From NCBI GenBank assembly GCA_964016885.1, contig OZ024740.1, forward strand, positions 198,524,001 through 198,588,000: a DNA stretch of 64,000 bases. The letters are read 5' to 3'. The notes under the pieces were generated by a model that saw only the letters and a list, made by a program, of their open reading frames with translations, did no database searches and was not told the DNA's origin. Shown here in pieces: positions 26,185 to 39,896 of the stretch; within the stretch, counting starts at the first letter, position 1; the number at the start of each line of letters is the position of its first letter. Position numbers and translations under genes: made by a program. Origin of the DNA: Eledone cirrhosa. Taxonomy: Eukaryota.

Positions 26185-27240
26185 TAATATATAAGATCAA
26201 AAGATGGTTAAATGAGTTCCATGTATTTTATTATGCGCATTTCAAAAACAAATATCATCATGCAATAACATTTGTGTTTTCATCAGATAAAATAGGAAGA
26301 CATGATATGAAGGTTAAAAACACTTGTGGATAGTGCAGTTTTAAATCAACATATGAAAAATAGTTTTAGATTGATGTGTGATATTGGGGAAAATAATTTT
26401 TTGAGGGGGGGGGGGGGTGCAAAGGATGAAAAAGAGGAGGAGATGAGAGTAAAAAGTGGAGGGGGAGGAGTATAATGAAGAAGGATGAGATAGAAGGAGA
26501 GATGGGTGATAGAGAGAGAGAGATAGCTTTTATAACTGAGAAAAATATATTGTTTTACATAGAGAGTCTGAAAAACCGTTGGGAGATAATTTATAAATTA
26601 AAAGAATTTGAAAATTAACGAGGAGAAAAATAATGTAAAGTTAAGGTTTGTATATTGAAGGGTTTAATAATATGTGCGATGAAAAGAAATTGTTAATATG
26701 TATTAAGAATAATATTTAAGGGTTTAATAATATGTGCGATGGAAAGAAAATGTTAATATGTATTAAGAATAATATTTAAGGGTTCAATAATATGTGCGAT
26801 GGAAAGAAAATGTTGATATGTATTATTAAAAAAAAACCAAAAGTAATGTAAGTAAGGATATATTGTGAGATGAGCATGAATAAGTTAGATGAAAGTGAGA
26901 AAAAAATAATGAATAGAGGATGAATAGTCTAACGTCAAAAAAAAATGTTTATGTTTATGAAGGATTTTTTCAAGGTGATATAAAGTAAGAATATATTGTA
27001 TTGTGTAATAATTGTTTCTATGTTAGGCACAGTGAGAAAAAGTACAGATTAAGGGTTAGAAATTAAAAGAAAAAGAAAAGAAAAGGAAAAGGAAGAAAGG
27101 GAAGTGATAAATAGGAGTGATATATTTCTTCCTTTTCCTTTTCTTTTCTTTTTCTTTTAATTTCTAACCCCTAATCTGTACCTTATAATAAAATACATGG
27201 AACTCATTTAACTATCTTTTGATCTTATATATTATGTATA
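26185..27240 (-). mobile_element. ORF-less PLE 3'UTR/pseudo-LTR module with HHR, a 60-bp tandem repeat, an internal hairpin and terminal inverted repeats
   Basis: 26185-26234 is inverted at 27185-27235. ~2.8 x 60-bp units at 26658-26825. Hairpin at 27042-27182. Confidence 0.75.
26224..26294 (-). ncRNA. Type I hammerhead ribozyme, intact core
   Basis: Minus: TATTTTAT-CTGATGA-aaacacaaatgttatt gcat gatgatatttgttttt-GAAA-TGCGCA-TA-ATAAAATA, with a perfect 8-bp stem I and palindromic ATGCGCAT. Confidence 0.87.
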
Positions 27241-27318
27241 CTCCAGTCCTACAAACTGTAGAGTGCTTCTTATCCGATATCTGCATTGCTTTATTGTACT
27301 ACAATAAAACTCACCTCC

Positions 27319-27389
<71 letters not shown>

Positions 27390-27395
<6 letters not shown>

Positions 27396-28010
27396 GCTGC
27401 CAACTCGTTCGAGTACGGCCACTACTTTATATCCATGTAGGAGAACCCCTACCGATGCGCTGAACGAGTGTGAGTTTTTAGTCCAGCCAGCGACTTGAAA
27501 ACTCTGGCACAAATACCCCACTTGTGACCATTATTGACATATAGTGCTGGGCCCATGGTACATGTGATGACAAGTGCAGAGAGATCTCCAGATATAAAGC
27601 AATGCCTGTGTCGTGAAGCTTTTATAGTGAGCAAAGGCACTGCACAAAGCCAGTCCCACTCTCTTAACCAAGATGATATTTACCAAAAAGAAGAACAAGT
27701 CAACATCATTGGATACCATCAGGGTTGCAGGTGTTATATCAGAGTTTTCCTTCTCCTAGAATTCTGCCTTGACAAAGGCTAAGGGGTCATCTCTCCATGT
27801 GATTTTGGATGGCCATTGACTCTTAAGAGCTCCTTTGCCCTTTGACAGGTCTTGTTTTTAGTCCTGCAGGATGTCCAAAGTGACCCTCCTCACCAAGAAA
27901 CCTTGGTGGGGTTGCCAGTTTAGTCGCCAACGACCCGACCATGAGACAGGTTGTACTGGGATACATGTTACCAGTAGCACCAACTGGTGACCAACTGGTG
28001 ACCTGACATA
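27390..28010 (-). mobile_element. RTE-related non-autonomous element (RTE 5'UTR-like sequence)
   Basis: ccttctcctagaa..gccttgacaaaggcta and gcac..agccagtcccactctct..aagaagaa..tcaacatcat are shared with 37860-38110. They resemble RTE 5' UTR motifs (recalled, not searched). Confidence 0.5.
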
Positions 28011-28069
28011 ATATATATATATATATGTATATATATATATGTATATATGTATGTATATATATATATATG

Positions 28070-28525
28070 TAAACGGAAAAAATGAAACGAAATTTCATTT
28101 CCCACTCTTAGTACGGCTGTTACTTAAATATAAGTATGTACACGTACATACATATATGTATACAGACGTGCAGTAGTATGTATATGTACATACATACATG
28201 CACACATATATACATGTGCGTATGGATTCACCAAACATTTATTATAATGCTCGGTGTGTTTGTAAACAAACATCCCGTATTAAGCCGTAGTGTCTAGCAA
28301 CCATTGTTGCTTGTTTGTTCAACACTGACAACGGAACGCTGTACTAGGTTCAAGCTTATTAGCTATCGTCAGCAACGTATACCTTCCTGCTAAATGATTG
28401 AACGTCTGAAAGTATATACTTTCCTTATGTATATTAACCACTGAGCAGCCTAATTTGCATATCGAGTGGGTTAATCGGCCGGGTGCACCGAAAACGATAA
28501 ACGGAAAAAATGAAACGAAATTTTA
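28070..28525 (-). mobile_element. ORF-less module with terminal direct repeats and an HHR (retrozyme-like)
   Basis: aaacggaaaaaatgaaacgaaattt at ~28072 and ~28499. A third end fragment is inverted at 3130-3177. Confidence 0.65.
28336..28378 (-). ncRNA. Minimal hammerhead with an A15.1>C change
   Basis: Minus: ACGTTG-CTGACGA-tAGCT aata AGCTt-GAAC-CTAG-TA-CAGCGT. Confidence 0.65.
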
Positions 28526-28529
28526 TTTG

Positions 28530-31500
28530 CAAGAGAGATTAAAATAATTTGTGGATTTAAAGATTTTCAACATTATTTTCAACATTATTTTAGATGCTAT
28601 GGAAAATTTAAATAATTATGATAAGGAAGTGAAAGAGAGTGGAAAAACGTTATTTTGGGGGGAAACATTTGTTATGTATATTATGAGTTATAATATTGTA
28701 TATAAATTGTATGAAGCTTATTGTTGTAAGTATTTTTATCTTATTACATTAGGATAGGTTATATGTATATAAATATCTCTATATATATTAATAAGTTGCG
28801 TATGTATTGATAGTTTATATAATGAAATATTAGTTACGAAGGATGTTGAAACTTTATTATCAAGTTGTGAGATTAGAATAATTTGTGGATTCAAAAATGT
28901 TTCAACATTGAGAATGTTTTCAGAATATTGTTAATTTAACGAAGCTTTATAAATTATCAAACTAAAATTGTTAAAGAAGAAGGAAAGGGAAGACTACATG
29001 AACGTTAATTTAACGAAAATATATTCAGACATTTATATGGAGAATTATTTATCTTATTATAATAATATATAAATATCTATATATGTATTTTAATAATAGC
29101 ATATGTGTTTTTTTAAAAGGATAGTTTGTTTATAATATGAGTTACGAGGGATGTTGATTTATAAACAAAAAAGAAAAATAGGTGTTTGTTCATAATATAA
29201 GTTACTAGCGATGTTGATTTTATGTAAATAAATAGGTATTTTACAATTTATAAGGTTAAATTAACGGAGTTATATATAACAAGTTTTTATGATTGAAAGA
29301 ACGAAAAATAACTCCAATTTTTTATTAATCGCCAGTGTGGGATTAATAATTTATTCTAAAGAAATATGAATAATTAAACACCATCCTGAATAGGATATAT
29401 TTTAATAAAAACAGTTAATGGTTATTAATCTACATTTAAAAATTAGCTTTAGAGGGTATCATTAGAAAAATAAAGCTATAGAGGGTGTCATTAGAAAAAT
29501 AAAACATATTTTATGATTTAGAGATATTAATATATTAAAGAATTAACAATATAAAATGTTAGAGCAGATAAGATCATTTTGGAGATTAATAGGAATATTA
29601 TAAATATATTATAAGTTACATATAGTTCTGGATGTAGAATTTTGGCGATGTGTGCAGGTGCTTTCGAAATCGTTTTCCAAGATAAGGAATAGTCTATATT
29701 CCTGCTTTTTAAATTCCATATAAGATGTGAGAGGGTCAGATCTTCTAAAAGAACAATTGTGGTTATTCCAGCGAAGTTTAAATTCTGTAGAAGTGGCACC
29801 GACATAGTTGAATATATTATCACTAGTTTTAACTGTACATTTATAAACTATGTTTTTATCTAAATAATTATTTTGTAAAGGGTAGTTTGATTTAATTCTA
29901 CAGTTACATTTTACGGAGTTGTTGTTACTCAGAGCGGTACTATTTTACTGGATATTGCTAGAAATATTATTATTACTATTATGGTTATTTTGGTTAGGGT
30001 ATAAATTTAAGTTTCTATTATTAATTCGATTTATATTTTGTGCTATGTTCATAGTAGTAGAGTATGTCTGTTAAAAATTGAGTGGTCTCTTTGGGTTTTA
30101 GGAAAACATTTGTCTAGTGCTTTAAAGAATAGCTTTGCTAACAGTTTTTTAACGCTTAATGAGAATGGGGGTGAGTACCAAATAATATTTATAGTTCTAG
30201 TTCTTTTGTTTGTTTTAGAGTTTATGTTAAATTGCTTATTCTTATTATAATAAATATTAGGGTGATTTGCCTGATTATTGTTGTTAATGTATTTAAATTT
30301 ATTCGTATACCCTGCTCTATTTAAAGCTTCATTATAATATTCAGCCTTATCTTTATATTTTTATTAGCAGGAATGCGTGAAATTCTTTGCTGGACACTAT
30401 TGGCGATAGTGTTCTTAATAGATCTAGGATGATTAGAGTAATTTACGTAATTTAGATTCTAATTGATCTTATGGAATGGATAGTAGAGCCCTGTGGTAAG
30501 GTTTCATGTTATGTCTAAAAAGTTAACGATTTTATAGTTATTCTTTATTTCTAACTTAAGGTTATAATTATTGAAGAATTGTATTATGGATTTTCTTTTC
30601 CTATTAATTTCAGAATTACTATAATTTTCAATTAAAAGTAGCATATCATCACGATATAAACCGCCGGTCATCTCTGGCATTTTGCTATGCAGTGCATTAT
30701 TAATAAATAGGCCCACAGGATCCGTTATTTGCGCTGAGTCGGATGCTCCCATGGTGATATCAAAATTAATTTTCCTATCGGCTCTTGTCCAGAGATGATT
30801 GTTGAATTCAATTTAAATTTTCCGTGCAGTTAAAATGATATGCATTTCTTCACTAGATACATCTGCATGTTTAGATTCATAGATAAGAGCCCTGTTAAGT
30901 AAACTAGGAGTAATAGAGGAGTAGTAATTTGCAATATCCATTTGAATGAATTTTTTGTTATGTTTAAATTGTATGTTATTGAACCAATCTATAACCTCAT
31001 TAGTACCGTTCCATAGTTTTAGGTGTGATTTTTCTTTAAGTTGTGGTATGATTCTATTTAATATATGTTTACTAATTATCCCTAAGTCTGATTTAGATGG
31101 TGCTATAAGTCTGACTGGTAGTTCTATTTCAAAAGTTTCTTTTGTGGTCTTTCAGGTTAATTTTCGGTATTCTAGGTATAAAGGGTTCAGTCCTATTTTG
31201 GCTGCCTAAATTATGAATTATATCGGAAGCTTCTCTATTTAACGTTGCAAGATCTTCATTAGTTATGTTTCTGTAATTTTTTCCGAGTTCCTTCAATATA
31301 AGATTATTGTATTCGTCCCTTTGCATTCCGTATCGATGTTAGTTTTATCAGATTTAATTAGGATCTTCTCAGTTTTTTCAAGATTGTCTATATTATTCTT
31401 GAGGTCTTTAAGGTATTCCTGGCCTACAAATTGGTTTTTCTTGAATTTGATGTTTTGTATAATCGATATTACATCCTTTTCAAATTCCATTAATAGTTTG

Positions 31501-32187
31501 TTGCTAGGTGGATTCTTCTTAGATTTTAGATTTAAAGATCATATCGAAGTTGTAACTGGATTTATTTATTTTTTCCGATTTTCTATCGAAATGGAAGGCA
31601 CGCCATCTAAGTCTTCGTATAAAGGATTCAGATTTCTTAATGAGTTTTTTTAGATACTCATTATTGTTAGCTAAAGGTACATCTTTTAGAGAGGAAGAAA
31701 TGCTAAAGAATTCCATTATTTATCAATCAGTTATAATTTAAAGTGCTCAACATTAAAGGAGCTATTTATATGTAGAAGAGATATTTAATTTGTTGGAAAT
31801 CCAACAAATATAGATGTTTACAACTGATTAAAAGCACTCGGCAGCTTTCTGGAGTAAGTATTCAATTGATATTAAATAAATGGAAACTATATTTATAAAC
31901 CATATTTATTCTATTATATATATTTCAGGGGTACAATAAATGTTGGTACGCTATCATCAGATAAAATACAAAATGTTTCATAAATATTTGGCATGACCAA
32001 GGATGATATACCTTAACGGTTCAAGTTATCCCTGGAAAATGAAGGGAAGAGAGGGGAAAAGTCAGATATTTAAAATTATTAATATAAGTATGCATTTATT
32101 TAATATCAATTGAATACATCCTCCAGAAAGCTGTCGAGTGTTTTGCATCTATATTTGTTTGATTTCCAACAAATGAAATATCTCTTC
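28530..32187 (-). mobile_element. Near full-length decayed GLYRDD-type PLE with a 5' family-A pseudo-LTR
   Basis: Fragments start at ATG 31716 (SLKDVP..FIRRLRWRA) and include KSDKTN, MGASDSAQITDPVG, GGLYRDD, NFLDIT and IWNLKSRNIDYSLSW. pLTR at 31775-32050. 32090-32187 is an inverted copy of ~31775-31880. Confidence 0.88.
31907..31968 (-). ncRNA. Type I hammerhead in the PLE 5' leader, sense to the ORF
   Basis: Minus: TATTTTAT-CTGATGA-tagcGTAC..GTACccct-GAAA-TATATA-TA-ATAGAATA, ~190 nt upstream of ATG 31716. Confidence 0.8.
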
Positions 32188-32190
32188 TAA

Positions 32191-32291
<101 letters not shown>

Positions 32292-32361
32292 TATATACAT
32301 ATTATATATGTATATATATATGTATATATGTATTATATATATATATATGTATATATATATA

Positions 32362-32406
<45 letters not shown>

Positions 32407-32467
32407 ATATATATATGTATATATGCATATATATATATATGTATATATATATATATGTATATATGTA

Positions 32468-32533
<66 letters not shown>

Positions 32534-32686
32534 CAAGATGCATGGTAGGTCGTATGTGAATCGCGATGATCACGTCTGACCTACCAAATATGTGACGGTA
32601 GCTAGTTAAGCTCTATGCGTATACGCAGAGCAGAAATATTAGTGAAAAAGAACAAAGGAACTATTATGACATTATAACGAGTTTAT

Positions 32687-32733
32687 TGCCGACAGCCGTT
32701 TCGTCCGACCATATGGTGGGACTTTTCAAGGCA
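32687..32733 (-). ncRNA. Type I hammerhead with a compensated U3-A8 core, in an ORF-less module (32535-32830) between (TA)n tracts
   Basis: Minus: TGCC-TTGAAAA-GTCC cACCA ta TGGTc GGAC-GAAA-CGGCTG-TC-GGCA, with a GUC cleavage triplet. Confidence 0.78.
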
Positions 32734-32877
32734 TATAACATGTGATTGTAGGATCATTATTTACATCAACGTATCACTCAAGGCTAGCAGTTTGAAATTG
32801 TGGTATACATCAGCAGCTCCGCTTGTATAGTTGGGGTCATACATATATATATATTTATATATACACATATATATGTA

Positions 32878-32942
<65 letters not shown>

Positions 32943-33637
32943 ATATATAATATTTAAATATCGTGAGAGAGAAGAAGAGGTTTAAAAGGATAAGCGATAC
33001 ATATAACTAGCTGCCGAAAGGTTGTGCATTTGTGCTCAATACTTGTGCCTACAGGGTTAAATATTGGAAGCGTTAATATTTAGCGGGCAAGAAAATAAGC
33101 AGAGCGGTTAAAAATGAAAGGATTACAAAGGAGAATATATACTGTCAGAACATGTTTATATAAAAGGACCTACGTACGTTTTGCCCAAAATGGCTTCTCA
33201 AGGGCATAGAAAACTACATAGTGTTCAGTACCATATAATAAGAGCACTCCCCGAGTTCATCAAAAGTAGAGCAGAATCGGAGATAAACTGCAGACACAGA
33301 ATACAGCAGTCTTTATTTGGGTGGAAATTGACACCTTACAGGTGGCTAGTGCGAGTGGTTGTTTGGTATATCAGGATTTGTGTTGTACAGGCCAGCGTTT
33401 ATTTACGCTATTTTATAGTGTCTCCTTCACAGGTTAGTGCAATCAGCGCTTTTATTTGCATATACACACATACATATATATATACATGATGGCTGACCCC
33501 TCGTTATCGAGTAGGGCCATTGTACGAGGAGAAAAAAAAAAAAAATAAATAAAATAAAAAAAAGAAATATATATATATATATATATATACATACACACAT
33601 ACACACACACACAATCACACACACATACATTAATAAC

Positions 33638-33683
<46 letters not shown>

Positions 33684-33684
33684 G

Positions 33685-34145
33685 GAGAACAGTCAGGTGA
33701 AGGTGCTGTGGGATTTTAGGATACAGACGGACAAAAAACTGGAACACAATAGACCTGACCTGGTGGTTGTGGACAAAGAAAAAAGATCGTGCCTGATTGT
33801 GGATGTGGCCTGCCCGTTCGACACGAGAGTGCAAGAGAAGGAGAGGGAGAAAATTAACCGATACCAGGACCTAAAGTGGGAGGTGAAAAGGATTTGGAAC
33901 TGCCATGAAGTCAAAGTGATCCCGATTGTCATAGGCGCACTGGGGACTATCTCCAAAGGTTTCCAGGGATGGTTAAAGAAAATCGGCCCCTTCACGCTTT
34001 TTGGAACGCTTCAAAAGGCATGCTTGCTTGGAACGGCAAGAACCCTCCGATACGTCCTGAATATCTGAGGCTGCAGGTAGTGGCTTGATATTCAATCCAA
34101 CGGACTTTCCAGTTAACCAACATCAATGACTGAGATTCAAGGAAT
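33685..34145 (+). mobile_element. 3' fragment of an R4/Dong-type non-LTR element (restriction-like endonuclease) in (TAA)n
   Basis: VLWDFRIQTD..NRPDLVVVD..IVDVACPFD..KINRYQDL..PIVIGALG. (AAT)n on both sides. Confidence 0.9.
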
Positions 34146-34255
34146 AACAACAATAATAATAACGACAACAACAATAATAATATACATATACATATATATA
34201 TACACATACACGCACACACATAAGCATATCTATACGCACACACACACGATAGCAA

Positions 34256-37200
34256 CTAACAGCGCTGCGATCGAATGTGGCTTTTTAGCCCAGCCAATGA
34301 TCTAAAATGTCTTGCACAGAGTCGGCAACCAAAACATTCACTGGGAATAGTCGGCTGAGGTTGGAGTTCGAGTACTTTTGCATGTCGCTTGAGCCCTCCT
34401 GCTGATTTACATTCTCTACCACATGTTTGGCAAGCATGATGAGTAGCATCTCCAACAGCAGCCTGGTAGTCAACCACTGGTCTTACTTTATGACTGCGAA
34501 GATGACTTTCGAGTCCAGCTTTGCTTAGGTAGAGTCTCGCACAGACGCTGCATGTCAGCACCATAGGAGGACCCTCACCGTCTGGAAGTGCAACAGCAAT
34601 GCCCTTCCTCACATCCCGCTTTACTTTCTCGTATGCGATTCGAGATGCCTCAAAGACAACTTTTCCCTCATATACAGTCTTTCTCCATTTATTACGATCA
34701 GCAGCAATATTTTCCCATGTATGAGCAGAGATGTTAGCGTCTTTCAAAGAGGCTTTCAAGGAATCCTTATACCTCTTTTTTGGTTTATGTGGCGGTCGTT
34801 TTCCTTTAACCAACTCTCCATAAAAGAGTTGTTTTTGTATTCTAGAATCCTTCATCCTGGCAAGGTGACCACTCCAACAGAGTCGTTGCTTAAGCACAAG
34901 AGCTTCTATACTGTCACACATAGAGTTTTCCAAAATCTCGACATCACTGATGTGGTCCCTCCAGTGAACGCCATGGATCCGTCTGAGACACATCTGGTGG
35001 AAACGCTCCAATTGCTTAAGGTGGTGTCGATATGTGACCCAGGTCTCGCAGGCATAAAGAAGACAAGAGAGCACACATGTCCTGTACACCTTTACCTTTG
35101 TCCTCCTGCATATGTCTCGCCGACCCCAGAGTCGCCTTTCTAGCTTTCCGAAAACATCACTTGCTTTCCTAATCCTAAGTGAGATTTCACTGTCAAGGTT
35201 GCTGTATCGATTGGCATTGCTTCCCAGGTAGACAAACTGATCAACCACTCCAAGTCGTTTGCCATACACATAGATGTTTGGTTCAGTGTACTGCTTACCA
35301 GGGGCAGGTTGGTACATGACGACGGTTTTCTTGAGACTGACAGTCAATTCTAGGGCAGTGCACGCGTCAGAAAATGCATTCAAAATGTGCTGCATATCAC
35401 TCTCTGTGTGCGCTACAAGATCGCAATCAGCTGCATACAAGAGGTCTCTTATGGTTGATGTAAATACTTTTGTCTTTGCAGCAAATCGCCTGATGTTAAA
35501 TATGCTGCCTGAGGTTCGATATCGGATGTAAACACCATGCTCGCAATTCCTGAATGCAATACAGAAAACCATTGCAAAGAATATGGCAAACAGGGTCGGT
35601 GCTGGAATATCCCCCTGTTTCACTCCATTTTTTACTGAGATAGGCTCCGACATGTTACCTCCGACATTAACCCAAGCCTTCATGTCGTCATGGAAAGACC
35701 TAACTAAAGCAAGGAACTTATCAGGGCAACCAAGTTTCTGGAGAACCTTCCATAATGCATCTCTGTTAACAGTATCGAAAGATTTTGTCAGATCGACAAA
35801 AACCTGATACAGATCCAAGCCTTGTTCCATGCACTTTTCCTGGAACTGTCTAGCTGAGAAGATCATATCAGTAGTGCCGCGTCCAGCACGAATACCAGAT
35901 TGACTTTCAGGAAGAACACAATCTGCAATGTGTGTCAGCAGACGGTCCAGAAGCACCTTATATAAAACTTTCCCTACGACAGAAAGCAATGATATACCTG
36001 TGTAGTTCCCACAATCATTCCTGTTACCCATTCCATTATACAAGGCCACCATTACTGCATCTCTCCAGTCCTCAGGTACGGATTCATTAGCCCATATCCT
36101 GCCAAACAAAGAGTGAAGATGTTGCAGGAGTCTCTCACCACCATATTGTAGGAGCTCAGCATGTATGCCATCCATACCTTGAGATCTTCCACTGTTCAGT
36201 TTCGAAATAGCCACTGCAACCTCCACAAGCGTCGGAGGTTCTGCAAGAGCTACTTTCACAGGACTTTCTGGAATGAGATTGAGGTAATCTTCACTGACGA
36301 CAGACGGCTGATTCAAAATATCATCAAAGTGCTCTCGTCACCTTCGTAGAATTCCTTTGAGTCACGAAGAAGTTCTTTGCCATCCTTGCTGCGAAGCGGT
36401 GTCACCAGAGAAGAAGACGGTCCATAAACCGCACGCAACATACTGTACAACAGCTTTGTGTTATTGAAATCTGACGCAGTTTGTATCTCACCAGCCTTCT
36501 CACTCCACCACTGATCCTTCATCTGAGAAAGACTACGCCTAACACGTGATTTTACATCCCTGAGTTCCTCATGCAACGTATTCCTCTCCTGTGGTTTTGC
36601 CGTCAAGTAGCGTGACAGAGCACGCCTCTTATCAGCCAACAAGTCTTCTATATGTACATCATTCTCATTAAACCAGTCCTGATGTTTTCTCTGCACCAAT
36701 CCCAGAAAACGCCTGCCTACATCATAAACCGACTTTTTAAGGGTCGGCCAATGCTCACCAAGATCTGCAGCCTGCATCTCTTCTTCCAATGTCCTCTTCA
36801 CATTTTTATCCTTAAGACGAGCAGCATTCAGTCTTTTGGGCAGGGAAACACCAGGAGCCCGGATTTACGTTTAGTGATTAGTTTCACTTTTGCGCGTACC
36901 AGGCGGTGGTCCGTCCAGCACTCAGCTCCACGAAGAGCACGAATACACTGCACATCCTGTCTGTCACGCATCCTGACTAGGACGTAGATCCTTAGATGCA
37001 GGATGCATCCATGTGGTCTTGAATTTGTTCTTTTGTTGGCACATGGTGTTGGTAACACACAGATCCAGCCCCTCACACATCTGCAGCAGGAGCATACCAT
37101 TGTTGTTACACTTTTCCACCCCATGCCTTCCGATTACATTCCATGTGTTAAAATCCCTACCCACTCTAGCATTAAAGTCACCAAGCACGATGACTTTGTC

Positions 37201-37795
37201 TGCCTGAGGGATATTTCTTAGAACACCTTTTAAGGCATGGTAAAAGGACACTTTTTCTTCATCGACAGAATTCATAGTTGGAGCATACACACTCACCAGG
37301 GTAGCATATCTTCCTTTGTCCAACGGAACCCTCAAGGGCATAAGACGCTCACTAATCCCTATTGGGAATTCTTCTAATTTACTCACAAGTACAGTCTTAA
37401 CAGCAAATGCTACCGCAGCCTCTCTTCTGGTTCCTTCATCTCTTCCTTTCCAGAAGAATGTATATTCTCCACAAAATCCTGTAAGATGACCATCTCCAGC
37501 TAACCTCGTCTCGGATAAAGCCACGATGTCAAGATTCTAACGTCGAAGCACCTTTGCAACAAGAGCGGTCATTCGTTCAGGACGCTCCAAGGAATCCCTG
37601 TCAAGCAGCGTCCGTACGTTCCAGCAGCCAAGACTAAATGCCTTGTTTGGCTCTATTACAATGGCACGATGACGAGCGGGCCCAGGCTGTGATAACCTGG
37701 GGCCCCTGTCCTTATTGACAATTATCTTTTTTGTTCCAGAACATAAATTGCCAATTATCTCTTTTATATTGTTCTGGAACATCATTGAATTGGAA
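34256..37795 (-). mobile_element. Near full-length decayed RTE (BovB-like) LINE with three C-terminal C2H2-like fingers
   Basis: GCWNVRTLLD, ALSETRL, SVYAPT, LGDFNARVG, WTDHRLV, FVDLTKSFDTVNR, NGVKQGD, LLYAAD (catalytic YADD mutated) and QLFYGEL. Several frameshifts and stops. Confidence 0.93.
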
Positions 37796-37859
37796 AAAAA
37801 AAAAAAGTAATAATAATAGTAATAATAATAATAATAATAGTACACTATTAATAATTATT

Positions 37860-38110
37860 AATGCACTCGTGCAATGTCTGTGCGTGACGAATATTTTTAA
37901 AGTGAGGAAAGACTGTGCACTGAGCCAATCCCACTCTCTGAGCGACAGTAGCTATAACCCGAAAAGAAGAAAAGATCAACATCATCGGTAACTACTGAGC
38001 CGCAGGTTTTATGTCGGAGTTAACCCAGTTTCCTGAGATGCCTTCTCCTAGAAGAATGCCCTGACAAGGGCTACGGGTTCTTCACTCCCAGTGGTTTAAC
38101 TGCGCGATCG
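37860..38110 (-). mobile_element. RTE-related non-autonomous fragment, relative of 27390-28010
   Basis: Shares motifs with 27590-27790. Confidence 0.5.
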
Positions 38111-38449
38111 GCATCCAGCCCGATTATTTTTATGTCCTCGCGCAACCCCCCCCCCCCAAAATACTCACTTATTGACACTTATATGTACGAGATATACACA
38201 CGCGCATACATATGCGCGCACACACACGCATACATACGCGCGCACACAGCAACATTCATACATACAAACAAACACGCACACGCTACTCACTTACACACAC
38301 ACACACACATATATATATATTACCGTCATTACTGATACAAGATTACAAGATTATGTCAACTGTTGACTTTCAAGAGTTTGTATAGTTGAAGCCGATCGTA
38401 TTACAGTCCAGTATTATTATAATTGCTTTACAGCATAGAGTTATTGCTC

Positions 38450-38517
38450 CCCACGCTCTGAGCTGAAATCCCGCCGAGGTGAACCTTGCCTTTCATCCCC
38501 ACGGAGTCAACAAAATA
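38450..38517 (+). mobile_element. SINE fragment (gcctttcatcc family)
   Basis: ctgagctgaaatcccgccgaggtgaaccttgcctttcatcccc. Confidence 0.75.
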
Positions 38518-38554
38518 TACATACATACATACATACATACATACATACATACAT

Positions 38555-39220
<666 letters not shown>

Positions 39221-39865
39221 ATATATATATAAATACACACACATACATATATAAATACACACACACATACACATATATATAAATACACACATATATATAT
39301 ATAAATACACACACATATATATATATACATACACACACGCATACATATATATATATATATATACATACATGTGTGCGTACGTGCATGCGTGCATGCGTAT
39401 GTGTATGTATGTGTGTGCGTGTGTGTCCGTTCCTACTTGCCTGTGTTCCTGGTTTTCCCTACATGTTTTCAAATATAAATTTGATAAAAATATAAGGTGA
39501 CGTGTATTTGATGCATTGTATTTTTTGAAATAACCATAATTTCATTTATTCTGTTTTCTATCGTTCCTGGCGGCTCCATACTTGCTATGTCTATGAATAT
39601 TTCAATGACTTCATTTGCACCGATTGACCTCCATGTCTCTTAGATTTCACACTGTGTAAACCTGAATGAAATAATATCGATGTATATCTAATTTCTATGC
39701 ATCTTGTTTGATGCGCTTAAATATTAACCTTATCCTTACCATATTTCAAATAAAGACTTTCAATAGTTTATAAACACTTGTGAATATAATTATATATTTG
39801 GTATACTTGATTTAAATCTCTCTGTCTCTCTCTTCATCTCTCTCACATACACTCTTCCTCTGTCG

Positions 39866-39896
<31 letters not shown>

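Noticed and set aside
26658-26825. Regular 60-bp repeats as a possible CRISPR array
   Set aside because: Head-to-tail minisatellite without unique spacers, in a eukaryotic context with no cas genes.
27880-28010. HDV-like ribozyme in RTE-like 5' sequence
   Set aside because: Partial pairings exist, but I could not build the nested double pseudoknot (no GG for P1.1, P2 not adjacent). It needs a descriptor search.
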